DNA of 64,000 nucleotides from Actinomycetota bacterium. Lineage in GTDB: Bacteria; Actinomycetota; AC-67. Each line of letters begins with the position of its first letter. Within the stretch, counting starts at the first letter, position 1. This document shows, piece after piece, positions 41,201 through 49,570 of this stretch. The notes beneath the pieces are model-generated. The model did not search any database. It saw only the letters and a program-made list of their open reading frames with translations, and had not been told where the DNA came from. The position numbers and the translations under genes were made by a program. Location: assembly GCA_036397635.1 (NCBI GenBank), contig DASWIP010000038.1:185-64184 (forward strand). The letters are read 5' to 3'.

Positions 41201-43104
41201 GTGATGCCGAACGGAACGGTGGAGACGACCGCATCCTGCGCGGGCACATCGATCACGGGTGCCGCCGGGGCCTCGGTGTCCACCGTGAACGTGCGGTTGG
41301 TCGAGGTGGTGACCACTGCCGTGACGACGTCGGTGGCCTCGGCCCGGATGATGTGCGAGCCGTCGGTCATCGAGACGGTCATCGACCAGGCGCCGGCGCC
41401 GTCCGCCGTGGCCTGTCCGAGTTCGCCGATGCCCTCGTACACGCGCACGACAGCGTTGCCTTCGGCGGTGCCCGAGATCGGCACGTTCGAGGTGGTGACG
41501 TACGAGGCTTCGGCCGGCGAGAGGATCACCGGCGTGACCTGGTTCGTATCAAGCGTGAAGTCCACCGACGCCGAGAGCGGGCCGAAGTTTCCCGCGGCGT
41601 CGCGTGCGCGTGCGGTCAGCGTGTGCGGCCCTTCGGCGAAGCTGTGGTCGACGCTCCACGATCCGGTGCCGCTGGCTGTCGCCATGGCGATGAGCGACCC
41701 GTTGCGAAGGATCTCGACCAACGAGTCGGCCTCCGCGCTTCCCGAGATCGTCACGGGGTTGGCGCCGTGGATCGAATCGTCGACCGGGCTCGCGATCGAA
41801 GGCGCGGCGGGCGCGGTCCGGTCGATCGTGAACGAGACCGGAGCCGAGGTCGAGGAGTTGCCCGCCGAGTCGGTGGAGGTCGCCGTGAGGACGTGCGTCC
41901 CGTCACCCAGCGTTACGTTGAGGCTCCACGCGCCGCTGCCGTTGGCGGTGCCGATCGCAAGCGTGCTCCCAGCCTTGCGGACCCGGATGGTGGTACTTGG
42001 GTCGGCGGTGCCGCTTACGGCGATCGGGTCCGCGGCGTTGGTCAGCGATCCGTCGGCGGGGGCGGTGATCACGACCGTTCCTGGGGCGGTGTTGTCGACG
42101 GTGAAGGTCCAGTCAAGCTCGGTGGGCCCCGAGATCTGGTCGGCGTCGAGTTCGGCGGTGTACGGGCTCGCACCCTCGGTGAGTGACTCAGCGGGGGTGA
42201 AGCGGATCTCACGCTTGCCCCCGGTCGCGGACGTCGGCCCCTGCAGGCTCGTCGAGCCTGCGACCAGGTTGTTGTTCTTGTCGCGCAGCACCAGCGTCGA
42301 GCTGGGCTGGATGTCCTGGTCGGATGACGCGCCGACGAAGGGGACGTCGGCGGAGCGCGCCGTGGCCCCGTCGGCCGGCGAGGTCGTGAATGCGCCGCTC
42401 GCGTTCTCGAAGTCGTAGGTCGTCCCGTTCAGCTCGAGCGCGTCGGCGTACCCGACGAACCCTGTGGCACCGGCGCCGCTGGTCCCAACCTCGAGCGCGA
42501 GAGAGTCCTGGAATATGTTGATCACCGCGTCGGGGTGGTCGTTGATGTAGCCCGCAAGCGTGAAGGTGGGTGTCTGTCCGGCAGTCGTGCTCCACCACTG
42601 GCCGGTGAGCGCGTTCCATCCCTGCCACGCGCCGGTCGCAACCGAGCCGTTGTTCGACGGCTCGAAGATCAGGTGCTCGTTCGTGGTGCTGCCGCCACCG
42701 TGGTTCACCCACAGCTTCAAGGCGATCGCCTGGGGGGCGTTGGCGGAGACGTACGTGTGATAGCCCAGCGCCGTGATCTCGTCCAGGCGCATCCCCGCGA
42801 ACTGAGCGGTCTGCAGGCGCGCGAACTGGTTCGCGTCACCGATCGTCAGGCGGAGGCTGCCGGCGCCGCTCGGTGGCGTGCCGACCCCGTTCGTGAAGCT
42901 TGCAGTCGTGTTCGGATGTGAGCCTGTGGTCGCCAACTGCCAGGCGCCCATGTTGTTCTGGCTAACCACCTGGGTGGCGGCGAAGGCGGGTACGGCGGAT
43001 CCGAGCACCATCGCAACGACCAATGCGCCGGTGAGACGCCGGGCGTGTTTGCGCGTGCGTGCTCCAGATGGGGCTCGCTCCTTGCTTGCGGTGATGTCGC
43101 TCAC
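38233..43104 (-). CDS. giant secreted Ig-like-domain repeat protein (about 1620 aa)
   Basis: A single uninterrupted ORF with high GC3. GTG 43104 follows GGAGAGGA; the ORF is open up to 43164. Signal peptide RRLTGALVVAMVLGSAVPAFA. An N-terminal globular domain of about 200 aa is followed by roughly 10 modules of about 90 aa with the motif AP..PVI..P..G......V..SGTAE....V.V.EG. Two TTITSGP...FEFTS...CSSPHT.TGL.DGSHTFEV modules are also present. Confidence 0.85.
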   Translation of the reverse strand: MSDITASKERAPSGARTRKHARRLTGALVVAMVLGSAVPAFAATQVVSQNNMGAWQLATTGSHPNTTASFTNGVGTPPSGAGSLRLTIGDANQFARLQTAQFAGMRLDEITALGYHTYVSANAPQAIALKLWVNHGGGSTTNEHLIFEPSNNGSVATGAWQGWNALTGQWWSTTAGQTPTFTLAGYINDHPDAVINIFQDSLALEVGTSGAGATGFVGYADALELNGTTYDFENASGAFTTSPADGATARSADVPFVGASSDQDIQPSSTLVLRDKNNNLVAGSTSLQGPTSATGGKREIRFTPAESLTEGASPYTAELDADQISGPTELDWTFTVDNTAPGTVVITAPADGSLTNAADPIAVSGTADPSTTIRVRKAGSTLAIGTANGSGAWSLNVTLGDGTHVLTATSTDSAGNSSTSAPVSFTIDRTAPAAPSIASPVDDSIHGANPVTISGSAEADSLVEILRNGSLIAMATASGTGSWSVDHSFAEGPHTLTARARDAAGNFGPLSASVDFTLDTNQVTPVILSPAEASYVTTSNVPISGTAEGNAVVRVYEGIGELGQATADGAGAWSMTVSMTDGSHIIRAEATDVVTAVVTTSTNRTFTVDTEAPAAPVIDVPAQDAVVSTVPFGITGTAEADSTVEVYEGTTLIGTAAATGGAWALPAVTMSEGPHTIHAVATDVAGNTGDESADRTFIVDAAAPALVSTDPADGETQNVVATVTATYSEPVSVGTMQVRNNASTLIAGTVSESGNTVTFTPTEGTLPESGSPYTAETTGTDTGTPTTTAPVSFTFNVDTSVPDAPVITAPLDGAIIASTTVPVSGTAEPGTDITLYEAQTNNVLGTTTADGAGDWTVTLTGLAQGEHSVEATATDAGNNEGGRSNIVAFTVDTVAPLAPFIDSPTEDQALNTSNVTIEGTAEADATLDVRWPPNGAIGMPVADGDGNWSMTHTFPDGVHQLRARAIDAAGNVGPFSTPNREFSVDTVAPDTTITSGPTGVVNSGSATFEFTSTEAGSFICSVDGGSEVSCSSPHTVTGLSDGSHTFEVYAVDAAGNADTSPASRTWTVDTTAPDTTITSGPSGLVASADATFEFTSNEAGAVFDCSLDAGSFTACSSPHTYTGLPDGSHTFEVRARDAASNVDPTPASQVWTSDATAPATPVIVTPAEGAALSNAAVNLSGTAEAGTSVEIHEAAALIATATADGSGNWSVTHSFTDGPHAVNATAHDAAGNASPASADRNFTVDTTAPAAPVIVAPAEGAAFTSGNVPVSGTAEPGSTVTVNEGAATVGTDVADITGNWSVSGTFADGSHTITATAVDEVGNSSPASAPRSFTVDATAPVAPVINTPAEGAVVTSTVVAIQGTAEAGTTVRVFEGATQVGVATVTGAGNWTVNAPFSPGAHTVTATASDAAGNVSPSSAPRSFTVTPDTTPPAKPVITSPADGSTQGAAVTIQGTAEANSTVTVRVGATVIGSAPASPSGTWSLNASFSTGTYTLTATARDAVGNVSDPSDPVTFEVDATKPTVEITTANNTVFLPGEEFTITGTATDDKGVSHVLVEYFNAAGTRVESMIVPVDPANGTSVTWSATAEGLVPGPHTVRVSAVDIHNNRSATVSGSYLVLAI

Positions 43105-43452
43105 GGCGGTCCTCTCCTTGTCGCTCTCCGTCCGCCACGGACGGTGATTCGCGAGCTTGCGCACTCGATATCGAAATGCGGGGACTCTTCTGGCCCCTTC
43201 CGCCGTAAGATTCAGGCCCGGCCGCGGGCATCCTCCCTCTCCGCGGTCGCAAACTGTCCGTTTTTCCGGAACAGCGACAATTCCTCGCGCGCACGGTGGT
43301 AAGGAGTCTGAGGGGCTGCTCTGCCGGTTCCCCCGGATCGTTCGCGGTCGTGATGGCGCTGATCACTCCCCGTGTCGGATGGCGGGATTTTCCGGTACCG
43401 CTTGCGGCGGCGTACGCTGCTCGACCGTATGGAAGATCGGATCGGAGGGGAC

Positions 43453-43746
43453 ATGTACGGGACCGTGGCGCGCGCGAAGGTGAAGGCAGGTCGCCTCGAT
43501 GACGTTGTGGCGTTGATGAACGAGTGGGAGCGGGATCACAAGGCCGAGGGTGCGGTTGCCAACTACCTCTACAGTCTGGATGTGGATGCGACCATGATCG
43601 TCATGGCCGTCGTGTTCCGGGACAAGGCCAGCTACGTGGCCAACGCGGATGACCCCGAGACCGACACTTGGTACCGGCGGTTCCGCGAGCTGCTCGAAGA
43701 CGATCCAGAGTGGAGCGACGGCGAGATCGTCTACGGCAGCGCTTGA
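43453..43746 (+). CDS. hypothetical protein, possibly ABM/dimeric alpha-beta-barrel fold
   Basis: 97 aa, begins MYGTVARAKVKAGRLDDVVALMNEWE.... ATG 43453 follows GGAGGGG. The family call is weak. Confidence 0.4.
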   Translation: MYGTVARAKVKAGRLDDVVALMNEWERDHKAEGAVANYLYSLDVDATMIVMAVVFRDKASYVANADDPETDTWYRRFRELLEDDPEWSDGEIVYGSA

Positions 43747-43816
43747 GGACCCCGGCTGGCGGGGGTGGCATGGGCGACCTAGGCTTCCTCGGAGGAACTG
43801 ATCCCAGGAGGCAGTC

Positions 43817-45310
43817 ATGGCCGTGACCGAACGTGAGAGCAAGCTCGATCCCGACGTCAGAGAGTTCATCGCTCAGCGCAAGCAACTGCTGATCGGCGGT
43901 GAGTGGGTGGACGCCGCAGACGGCAAGACCTTCGCGACGATCGACCCGGCGACGGACACCGAGATCACTCAGGTCGCCCAGGCCGGCCCCGAGGACGTGG
44001 CCCGGGCGGTCGCCGCCGCGCGCGAGGCCTTCGAGGATGGGCGCTGGTCCGGGTTGGACCCGGCCAAGCGCGGCAAGGTCCTGTTCGAGATCGCCGACCG
44101 GATGGAGGCTCAGGCGCGCTCGATCGCCCAGATCGACACCATCGACAACGGCAAGCCGCTCAACTTCGCCGTCGGCGAGGTCTACCACGCCGCCAGCGTA
44201 TTCCGGTATTTCGGAGGATGGGCGGATAAGGTCTACGGCGAGACCCTGCCCAGCAACGACCGTGTGTTCCAATACATCCTGCGCGAGCCCGTCGGGGTCT
44301 GCGCGCAGATCATCCCATGGAACTTCCCCTCGGCGATGGTCGCGTGGAAGGTGGCGCCGGCGCTCGCGTTCGGCAACACCACCGTGCTCAAGCCCGCCGA
44401 GGAGACGCCGCTGTCGGCCCTGTGGATCGCGCAGATCGCGATGGAGGCCGGCGTCCCCGCCGGGGTGCTCAACGTGCTGACCGGGGACGGCGAGGGCACC
44501 GGCGCGCCGCTGGTCGCCCACCGCGACATCGACAAGATCGCTTTCACCGGCTCGACGGAGATCGGCCGCCGGATCATGGCCTCCGCGGCGGCCAGCAACC
44601 TCGCCAGGGTCACGCTCGAGCTGGGCGGCAAGTCCCCCAACATCGTGTTCCCCGACGCCGATCTGACCGCCGCGGCCGCGCAGTCGACCTTCGGCATCTT
44701 CTTCAACGCCGGCCAGGTTTGCCACGCCGGCAGCCGGTTGCTGGTCGATCGCGCGATCCACGACTCCTTCGTCGAGCAGCTCGCCACCAACGCCGCCGCC
44801 TGGAAGGTCGGCGACGGACTGGACGAGGGCACGATGATCGGTCCGCTGGTCTCGCGCGCGCAGCTCGAGCGCGTCTCGGGATACCTCGAGGCCGGCCCGG
44901 CGGAGGGCGCGCAGGCCCGCATCGGTGGCAAGCGGATGGAGGGCTCGCCCGGATACTTCGTCGAGCCGACGATCTTCACCGGCGTGAAGCCGGACATGCG
45001 CATCGCTCAGGAGGAGATCTTCGGGCCGGTGCTGTCGGTCCTGTCGTTCGAGGACGCCGACGAGGCCATCAGGATCGCCAACGACACGGTGTACGGGCTT
45101 GCCGCCGCGGTGTGGACCAAGGACCTGTCGGTCGCGCATCGGGTCGCGCGCGGCCTGCGCGCCGGGACGGTGTGGGTCAACACCTACGGCCTCAACGATC
45201 CGGGCATGCCGTTCGGCGGCTACAAGGCCTCGGGCATCGGCCGAGAGCTCGGGCCGAGCGCGCTGGAGGCCTACACCGAGGTCAAGAGCGTCTGGATGAG
45301 CCTGAAGTGA
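43817..45310 (+). CDS. NAD(P)-dependent aldehyde dehydrogenase
   Basis: Motifs FTGSTEIGRRI, ELGGKSP and catalytic Cys in NAGQVCHAGSR. 497 aa. Confidence 0.9.
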   Translation: MAVTERESKLDPDVREFIAQRKQLLIGGEWVDAADGKTFATIDPATDTEITQVAQAGPEDVARAVAAAREAFEDGRWSGLDPAKRGKVLFEIADRMEAQARSIAQIDTIDNGKPLNFAVGEVYHAASVFRYFGGWADKVYGETLPSNDRVFQYILREPVGVCAQIIPWNFPSAMVAWKVAPALAFGNTTVLKPAEETPLSALWIAQIAMEAGVPAGVLNVLTGDGEGTGAPLVAHRDIDKIAFTGSTEIGRRIMASAAASNLARVTLELGGKSPNIVFPDADLTAAAAQSTFGIFFNAGQVCHAGSRLLVDRAIHDSFVEQLATNAAAWKVGDGLDEGTMIGPLVSRAQLERVSGYLEAGPAEGAQARIGGKRMEGSPGYFVEPTIFTGVKPDMRIAQEEIFGPVLSVLSFEDADEAIRIANDTVYGLAAAVWTKDLSVAHRVARGLRAGTVWVNTYGLNDPGMPFGGYKASGIGRELGPSALEAYTEVKSVWMSLK

Positions 45311-46392
45311 GGGCTGCGGTCCTCACCGAGCAGGGCAGCCCGCTCATCCTCGCTGATGTCGACCTGGCCCCACCGGGGCCCGGCGAGGTGCTCGTCCGCA
45401 TCGCGGCCACCGGCGTGTGTCATTCGGACCTGTCGATGCGCGACGGCGGCCTGCAGTGGCCGCTGCCTGCCGTCATCGGTCACGAGGCGGCAGGTGAGGT
45501 GCTCGACGCAGGCGAGGGCGTCCGGACGGTCTCAGCGGGCGATCACGTGGTGATCTCGTGGATCCCGATGTGCCGGCGGTGCTTCTTCTGCACCGGCGGC
45601 CAGCCGCACCTGTGCTCGACCTACCGCCGCGCGAACGGCCGGATGGACGACGGGGCAACGCGGCTGACGCTCGAGGGGCGGGAAGTCACCCACGGGTTCA
45701 ACGCGGCGACCTTCGCCGAGCGAACGGTGGTGCGGGAGGCATCGCTGGTGAGGATCCCCAAGGACGTGCCGCTGGAGACGGCCTCGCTGATCGGGTGCGG
45801 TGTGCTGACCGGGGTCGGCGCGGCGCTCAACACCGCGCGCATCCAACCGGGCGAGCGCGTCGCGGTGATCGGTTGCGGAGCCGTCGGCCTCAGCGTCATC
45901 CAGGGCTGCCGCCTCGCCGGCGCGAGCGTCATCATCGCGATCGATCCGGTCGAAGCGAAACGTGAGGCGGCGCTGTCGATGGGTGCGACCCATGCGGTGA
46001 CCCCCGAGGAAGCCGACGCGGCCGCCAAGGATCTGACCGGCGGTGTGCGCCCGGACGCGGTGTTCGAGGTGGTCGGGATCCCGGCGCTGCAGCGGCAGGC
46101 GTTCGACCTGGTTCGGCCGGGCGGGCGCGCGGTCATGGTCGGGGCGGCTCCGGTCACCGAGGAGGTCGCGCTGCCGACGGTCGGGTTCCTGATGTTCGAG
46201 AAGCGCGCGCTCGGCTGTTACTACGGCTCCAGCGATCCGCAGCGCGACGTGCCTCGGATCCTGGAGCTCTGGCGGGGTGGACGGCTCGAACTCGAGGCGC
46301 TCATCAGCGCGCGCCGCCCGCTCGAGCAGGTCAACGAGGCGCTCGACGCGATGGCCGACGGCACGACGATCCGTACCGTCCTGATCCCCTGA
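45307..46392 (+). CDS. zinc-dependent alcohol dehydrogenase (class III-like)
   Basis: Motifs GVCHSDL, GHEAAGEV, structural-Zn Cys cluster CRRCFFCTGGQPHLC and GCGAVG. GTGA overlap with the ALDH stop. Confidence 0.85.
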   Translation: MRAAVLTEQGSPLILADVDLAPPGPGEVLVRIAATGVCHSDLSMRDGGLQWPLPAVIGHEAAGEVLDAGEGVRTVSAGDHVVISWIPMCRRCFFCTGGQPHLCSTYRRANGRMDDGATRLTLEGREVTHGFNAATFAERTVVREASLVRIPKDVPLETASLIGCGVLTGVGAALNTARIQPGERVAVIGCGAVGLSVIQGCRLAGASVIIAIDPVEAKREAALSMGATHAVTPEEADAAAKDLTGGVRPDAVFEVVGIPALQRQAFDLVRPGGRAVMVGAAPVTEEVALPTVGFLMFEKRALGCYYGSSDPQRDVPRILELWRGGRLELEALISARRPLEQVNEALDAMADGTTIRTVLIP

Positions 46393-46399
46393 CACGCCT

Positions 46400-46458
46400 T
46401 CAGAGCAGCAGCCTCAGAGCCGTGGCCTTCAGAGCCGTGGCCTTCAAAGCAGCGGCCG
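46400..46458. repeat. tandem 15-bp repeat (4 units, 2 identical)
   Basis: Units are TCAGAGCAGCAGCC, TCAGAGCCGTGGCCT, TCAGAGCCGTGGCCT and TCAAAGCAGCGGCCG. The last unit is the stop plus the final codons of the minus-strand gene. Confidence 0.8.
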
Positions 46459-47352
46459 CAGCGCGTTGTCGATCTCGTCTGCGACGACCGGGCCCTCGAA
46501 GCGCGCGCGCACGACCCCGCCGGCGTCGATGACGAAGGTCCAGGGCTCGCTCTCGAGACGCCACGCGGTCGCCGCCGGCGCGAGCTGGGTGGGCTCCTCG
46601 CCGCGGTACGGCTCGGCGTGCACGAACGACGCGCGCGCGCCGTAGCGCCGATGCAGGGTCAGGACCTCCCCGAGCACCGGTCCGCAGGTCCTCGAGGTGC
46701 ACAGCAGGGGCGAGGAAATCGTGTACACGACCGGCCGGGCTGCGGCGAGCATCTGCCGCAGCGTCCTGTCGTGGAGCGGGCACGCCGGCTCGCGCGTGCA
46801 CAGGTTCGCGACGCCGCGATGATCTTCGGTCGTCGGCGTGTCCACAGGCACCGCCCGTTCGCCGACATCCACGGTGGCGGGTTCGGCGCGCGTCTGCACC
46901 GTCGTCCAGCCGTAGAGCGCGCGTTCGCCGGTCTCGATCGAGACGAGCACGTCGGTTAGGCCCGGCGGCGGCATGGCGATGGTGGCCACGTGGAACCCGC
47001 GGGGATCGTCCCGGAGCAGCACCGTGCCGTAGGCGTGGTACAAGGCCTCGGCCGGCGCCCCCGCCTCACCGTCCGCCGCGGCGACCCACGCGCGCGCGCT
47101 GCCGCCTGTGATCGAGAAGCCCTCCGGGTCCACCAGACCGAGGGGCAGGCGCTGGGTGCGCCCGGCCACGAACTCCTGGCCGCCGGGGAAGACCATCAGC
47201 CCGGCGCGCGCGCCGCGTTCGGCCTCCCCCGCCGCTGCGGCCTGCAACGCCACAGGGACGTCGGAGGGGATCCCAACCCGGCGCGAGCATGCGGCTGCTG
47301 CCAATCCTGCCGCACCGGCGAGACTCAGCCGTAGGAAATCGCGCCGTCTCAT
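46444..47352 (-). CDS. Tat-signal lipoprotein with thioredoxin-like C-terminal domain (possible Cu/redox assembly factor)
   Basis: MRRRDFLRLSLAGAAGLAAAAC (twin-Arg plus lipobox). C-terminal block VVYTISSPLLCTSRTCGP...WTFVIDAGGVV. It is the last gene of the cta operon. Confidence 0.55.
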   Translation of the reverse strand: MRRRDFLRLSLAGAAGLAAAACSRRVGIPSDVPVALQAAAAGEAERGARAGLMVFPGGQEFVAGRTQRLPLGLVDPEGFSITGGSARAWVAAADGEAGAPAEALYHAYGTVLLRDDPRGFHVATIAMPPPGLTDVLVSIETGERALYGWTTVQTRAEPATVDVGERAVPVDTPTTEDHRGVANLCTREPACPLHDRTLRQMLAAARPVVYTISSPLLCTSRTCGPVLGEVLTLHRRYGARASFVHAEPYRGEEPTQLAPAATAWRLESEPWTFVIDAGGVVRARFEGPVVADEIDNALRPLL

Positions 47353-47380
47353 GATCGAGCCGCGTCGCGCGCGGCCGCGC

Positions 47381-48355
47381 TCATATGAAGATGGCGCTGC
47401 CGTTCATGTTCGGATGCACGTCGCATTGGAAGTAATACTCGCCGGCCGCGATCGGCGGCGCGTCGTACTCCCGCGTCTCGATCCCGAGGAATCTCTCGCC
47501 GATGAACAGCGCATCCTCGGGAGCGGTCTGATCCGTGGACGGGTAGATCGCGACGTTGTGCTCGATCGACTGGTCGTCGTTATGGAACACGATCGTGGTG
47601 CGTGTATCGGCCGCCAGCGTGAACTCATCGAGATCGAACTGCACCAGCGCCGCGGTGATCTCGATCTCGGTGGGAGTCTCGCCGCCCGTCGGCTGCGGCG
47701 AGGGCGGGCTGGTCGGTGTGGCCGTTCCGGTCGGTGTGGCCGTTCCGGTCGGGGACGGCCCGGGGCCCCCCTCGCCGGCGACCATCGTGCCGGTCATCGT
47801 CGGATGAACGTCGCATCGGAAGAACCACTCGCCGGCCGGGAGCGCCGGCACCTCGTAGAGCTGCGTCGCGACCCCGTTGAAGATCTCGCCGACGAACAAG
47901 GACTCGGCCGCGCTCTCATCTGTGAAGATCGCGACGTTGTGCGGGATCCCGGCGTCGCGGTTCTCGAAGGCAAGCTCGAAAGGCTCGTCGGCCGGCACCT
48001 TGATCTCCTGCTCGAGGAACGCGATGTTCTCGGCCGTGATCATGAACTCGGCCTCGCCCTCGCCGTGGCCGAACTCGCGCTCGCCGATCGCCGCCGCGAC
48101 CCCGCCCCCCGCGATCAGCCCGATGCCCAGCACCACGCTGATCAGCTTCTGGGCGGCGTTGATCTTGCGCGCCGCCGCGAGCACCGACGCGACGCCGAGG
48201 ATCTCCGCGGCCAGAAGGATCGCGAGCGACGTCGAACCTAGCTCGGGCACCGCGAGCAGCACCCGCGAGAACGAGAACACCAGCACGAACACGAACAAGC
48301 CCGCGGCGAACGGGAGCATGATCGGCTTGACGATCCGGTTGAGGAACTCGTTCAT
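47381..48355 (-). CDS. membrane-anchored protein with two type-1 copper (cupredoxin) domains
   Basis: Three N-terminal TM helices. Two domains each carry HNVAI...C-D-V-H-P-x-M (FRCDVHPTM and FQCDVHPNM). They are joined by the linker PGPSPTGTATPTGTATPTSPPSPQPTGG. Confidence 0.75.
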   Translation of the reverse strand: MNEFLNRIVKPIMLPFAAGLFVFVLVFSFSRVLLAVPELGSTSLAILLAAEILGVASVLAAARKINAAQKLISVVLGIGLIAGGGVAAAIGEREFGHGEGEAEFMITAENIAFLEQEIKVPADEPFELAFENRDAGIPHNVAIFTDESAAESLFVGEIFNGVATQLYEVPALPAGEWFFRCDVHPTMTGTMVAGEGGPGPSPTGTATPTGTATPTSPPSPQPTGGETPTEIEITAALVQFDLDEFTLAADTRTTIVFHNDDQSIEHNVAIYPSTDQTAPEDALFIGERFLGIETREYDAPPIAAGEYYFQCDVHPNMNGSAIFI

Positions 48356-49215
48356 CGATCGACCATCTCCATCTCGTCGAGGCCTTTGGTGACGTCACGC
48401 TCCACGGCGTGCATCTGCAGCATGTCGACGCCCTCTCCCCGTTCGATCTTGGCCCAGCGGAAGAAGATCACCCCGATGAACCCCCACAACACGAACCCGC
48501 CGACAAGCTTCATGATCAGCCCGGCGGCCTGCTGGTCGCCCAGGGCGGAGATCCCCCAGGGCTGCTGGAACGTCTCGTAGACGCGGTACAGCGGCCGCGT
48601 CCCGAAGGTCAGGAACGAGGCCGGCACGGTCGGGACGACGGATTGGAGGAACAGGTAGAACATCTGGCCCGGCAGCGACAGCCGAGGGAGCTCGAGCACC
48701 GGGCTCTTGACCGGCATCCACATGATGAACGACGCGGTCAGCAGCACCGCGTGCATCAGGAAATGGACGGGCTCGTTGGTCACCGAGGTGTTCACAAGCA
48801 ACGGCCAGTGGATGAAGACGATCGTCGCGTTGAAGATCACCAGCGCGATGAAGGGCCGCGTGATCCGGCGCGCCAGACGCATCGCCGGCGGTGGCAGGAT
48901 CGCGCGCACCATCCAGGCCGGCATCCCTCCGAGTATCAACGGCGGAACGGCAAGCGACATGATCAGGTGCTGGACCATGTGCGCGCTGTAGAGGTAGCCC
49001 TCGGCAAGCTCGTGGATCGGATACTCGATCGCCGCGAGCAGCGCGAGCACCCCCAGGGTGAAGCTCCAGCGCTGGCCCCTGGTCGCGACGGGCTCGCCGC
49101 TGCGGACCCGCTGGGGCCCTATCCGTCGCAGGGCCAGGTGGTAGCCACCCAACAGCATCGCGGCGAGCACCCATGTTTCCGGGTGGGGATGCCATTGCCA
49201 GGTCCACGCGGGCAT
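48352..49215 (-). CDS. ctaG: cytochrome c oxidase assembly factor CtaG (Bacillus caa3_CtaG type)
   Basis: Polytopic protein starting MPAWTWQWHPHPETW.., with HMVQHL and a further His-containing helix motif. ATGA overlap with the next gene. Confidence 0.8.
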   Translation of the reverse strand: MPAWTWQWHPHPETWVLAAMLLGGYHLALRRIGPQRVRSGEPVATRGQRWSFTLGVLALLAAIEYPIHELAEGYLYSAHMVQHLIMSLAVPPLILGGMPAWMVRAILPPPAMRLARRITRPFIALVIFNATIVFIHWPLLVNTSVTNEPVHFLMHAVLLTASFIMWMPVKSPVLELPRLSLPGQMFYLFLQSVVPTVPASFLTFGTRPLYRVYETFQQPWGISALGDQQAAGLIMKLVGGFVLWGFIGVIFFRWAKIERGEGVDMLQMHAVERDVTKGLDEMEMVDR

Positions 49216-49224
49216 CTCGGGCTC

Positions 49225-49560
49225 CTAGGACGCCGATCGGCTGTGATAGACGAGATTGGCCAGCACGATCGTGTAGACGGTCAGCGCCGTGACCATGCCG
49301 GCGATGAAGGGCTTGCGCAGCGTTGGATGGTCGAACTTCAGGTGCATGAACCACTGGACGACCAGGATGAACTTCACCGCCGAGAGCACGATGAGGCTCA
49401 GGATCAAGACCCATTTGTTCACGTCGATGTAGGACACGGCGATCTCGGCAGCGGTGATCACGCCCAGAACCAGCGCGACCTTGACGTACGTGCGCTCCCC
49501 AGGATGCGCCTTCTCGGGGATGTGGATCTGGGTCGCGGGGGTCTGGTCCGTCGTGGCCAT
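49225..49560 (-). CDS. ctaF: cytochrome c oxidase subunit IV (prokaryotic COX4 family)
   Basis: 111 aa, three TM helices, HPGERTYVKVALVLGVITAAE and VVQWFMHLK blocks. Confidence 0.75.
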   Translation of the reverse strand: MATTDQTPATQIHIPEKAHPGERTYVKVALVLGVITAAEIAVSYIDVNKWVLILSLIVLSAVKFILVVQWFMHLKFDHPTLRKPFIAGMVTALTVYTIVLANLVYHSRSAS

Positions 49561-49570
49561 CAGGTCGCTC

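Noticed and set aside
38284-42418. Several long plus-strand ORFs (401, 629, 885 and 479 aa) opposite the Ig-repeat gene. Some have protein-like V/T/A/S/P composition.
   Set aside because: They are broken into overlapping pieces, whereas the minus strand is one 4.9-kb ORF with a signal peptide, Ig-module periodicity and GC-rich third positions. The plausible composition is a mirror effect of the T/V/A/G-rich sense repeats.
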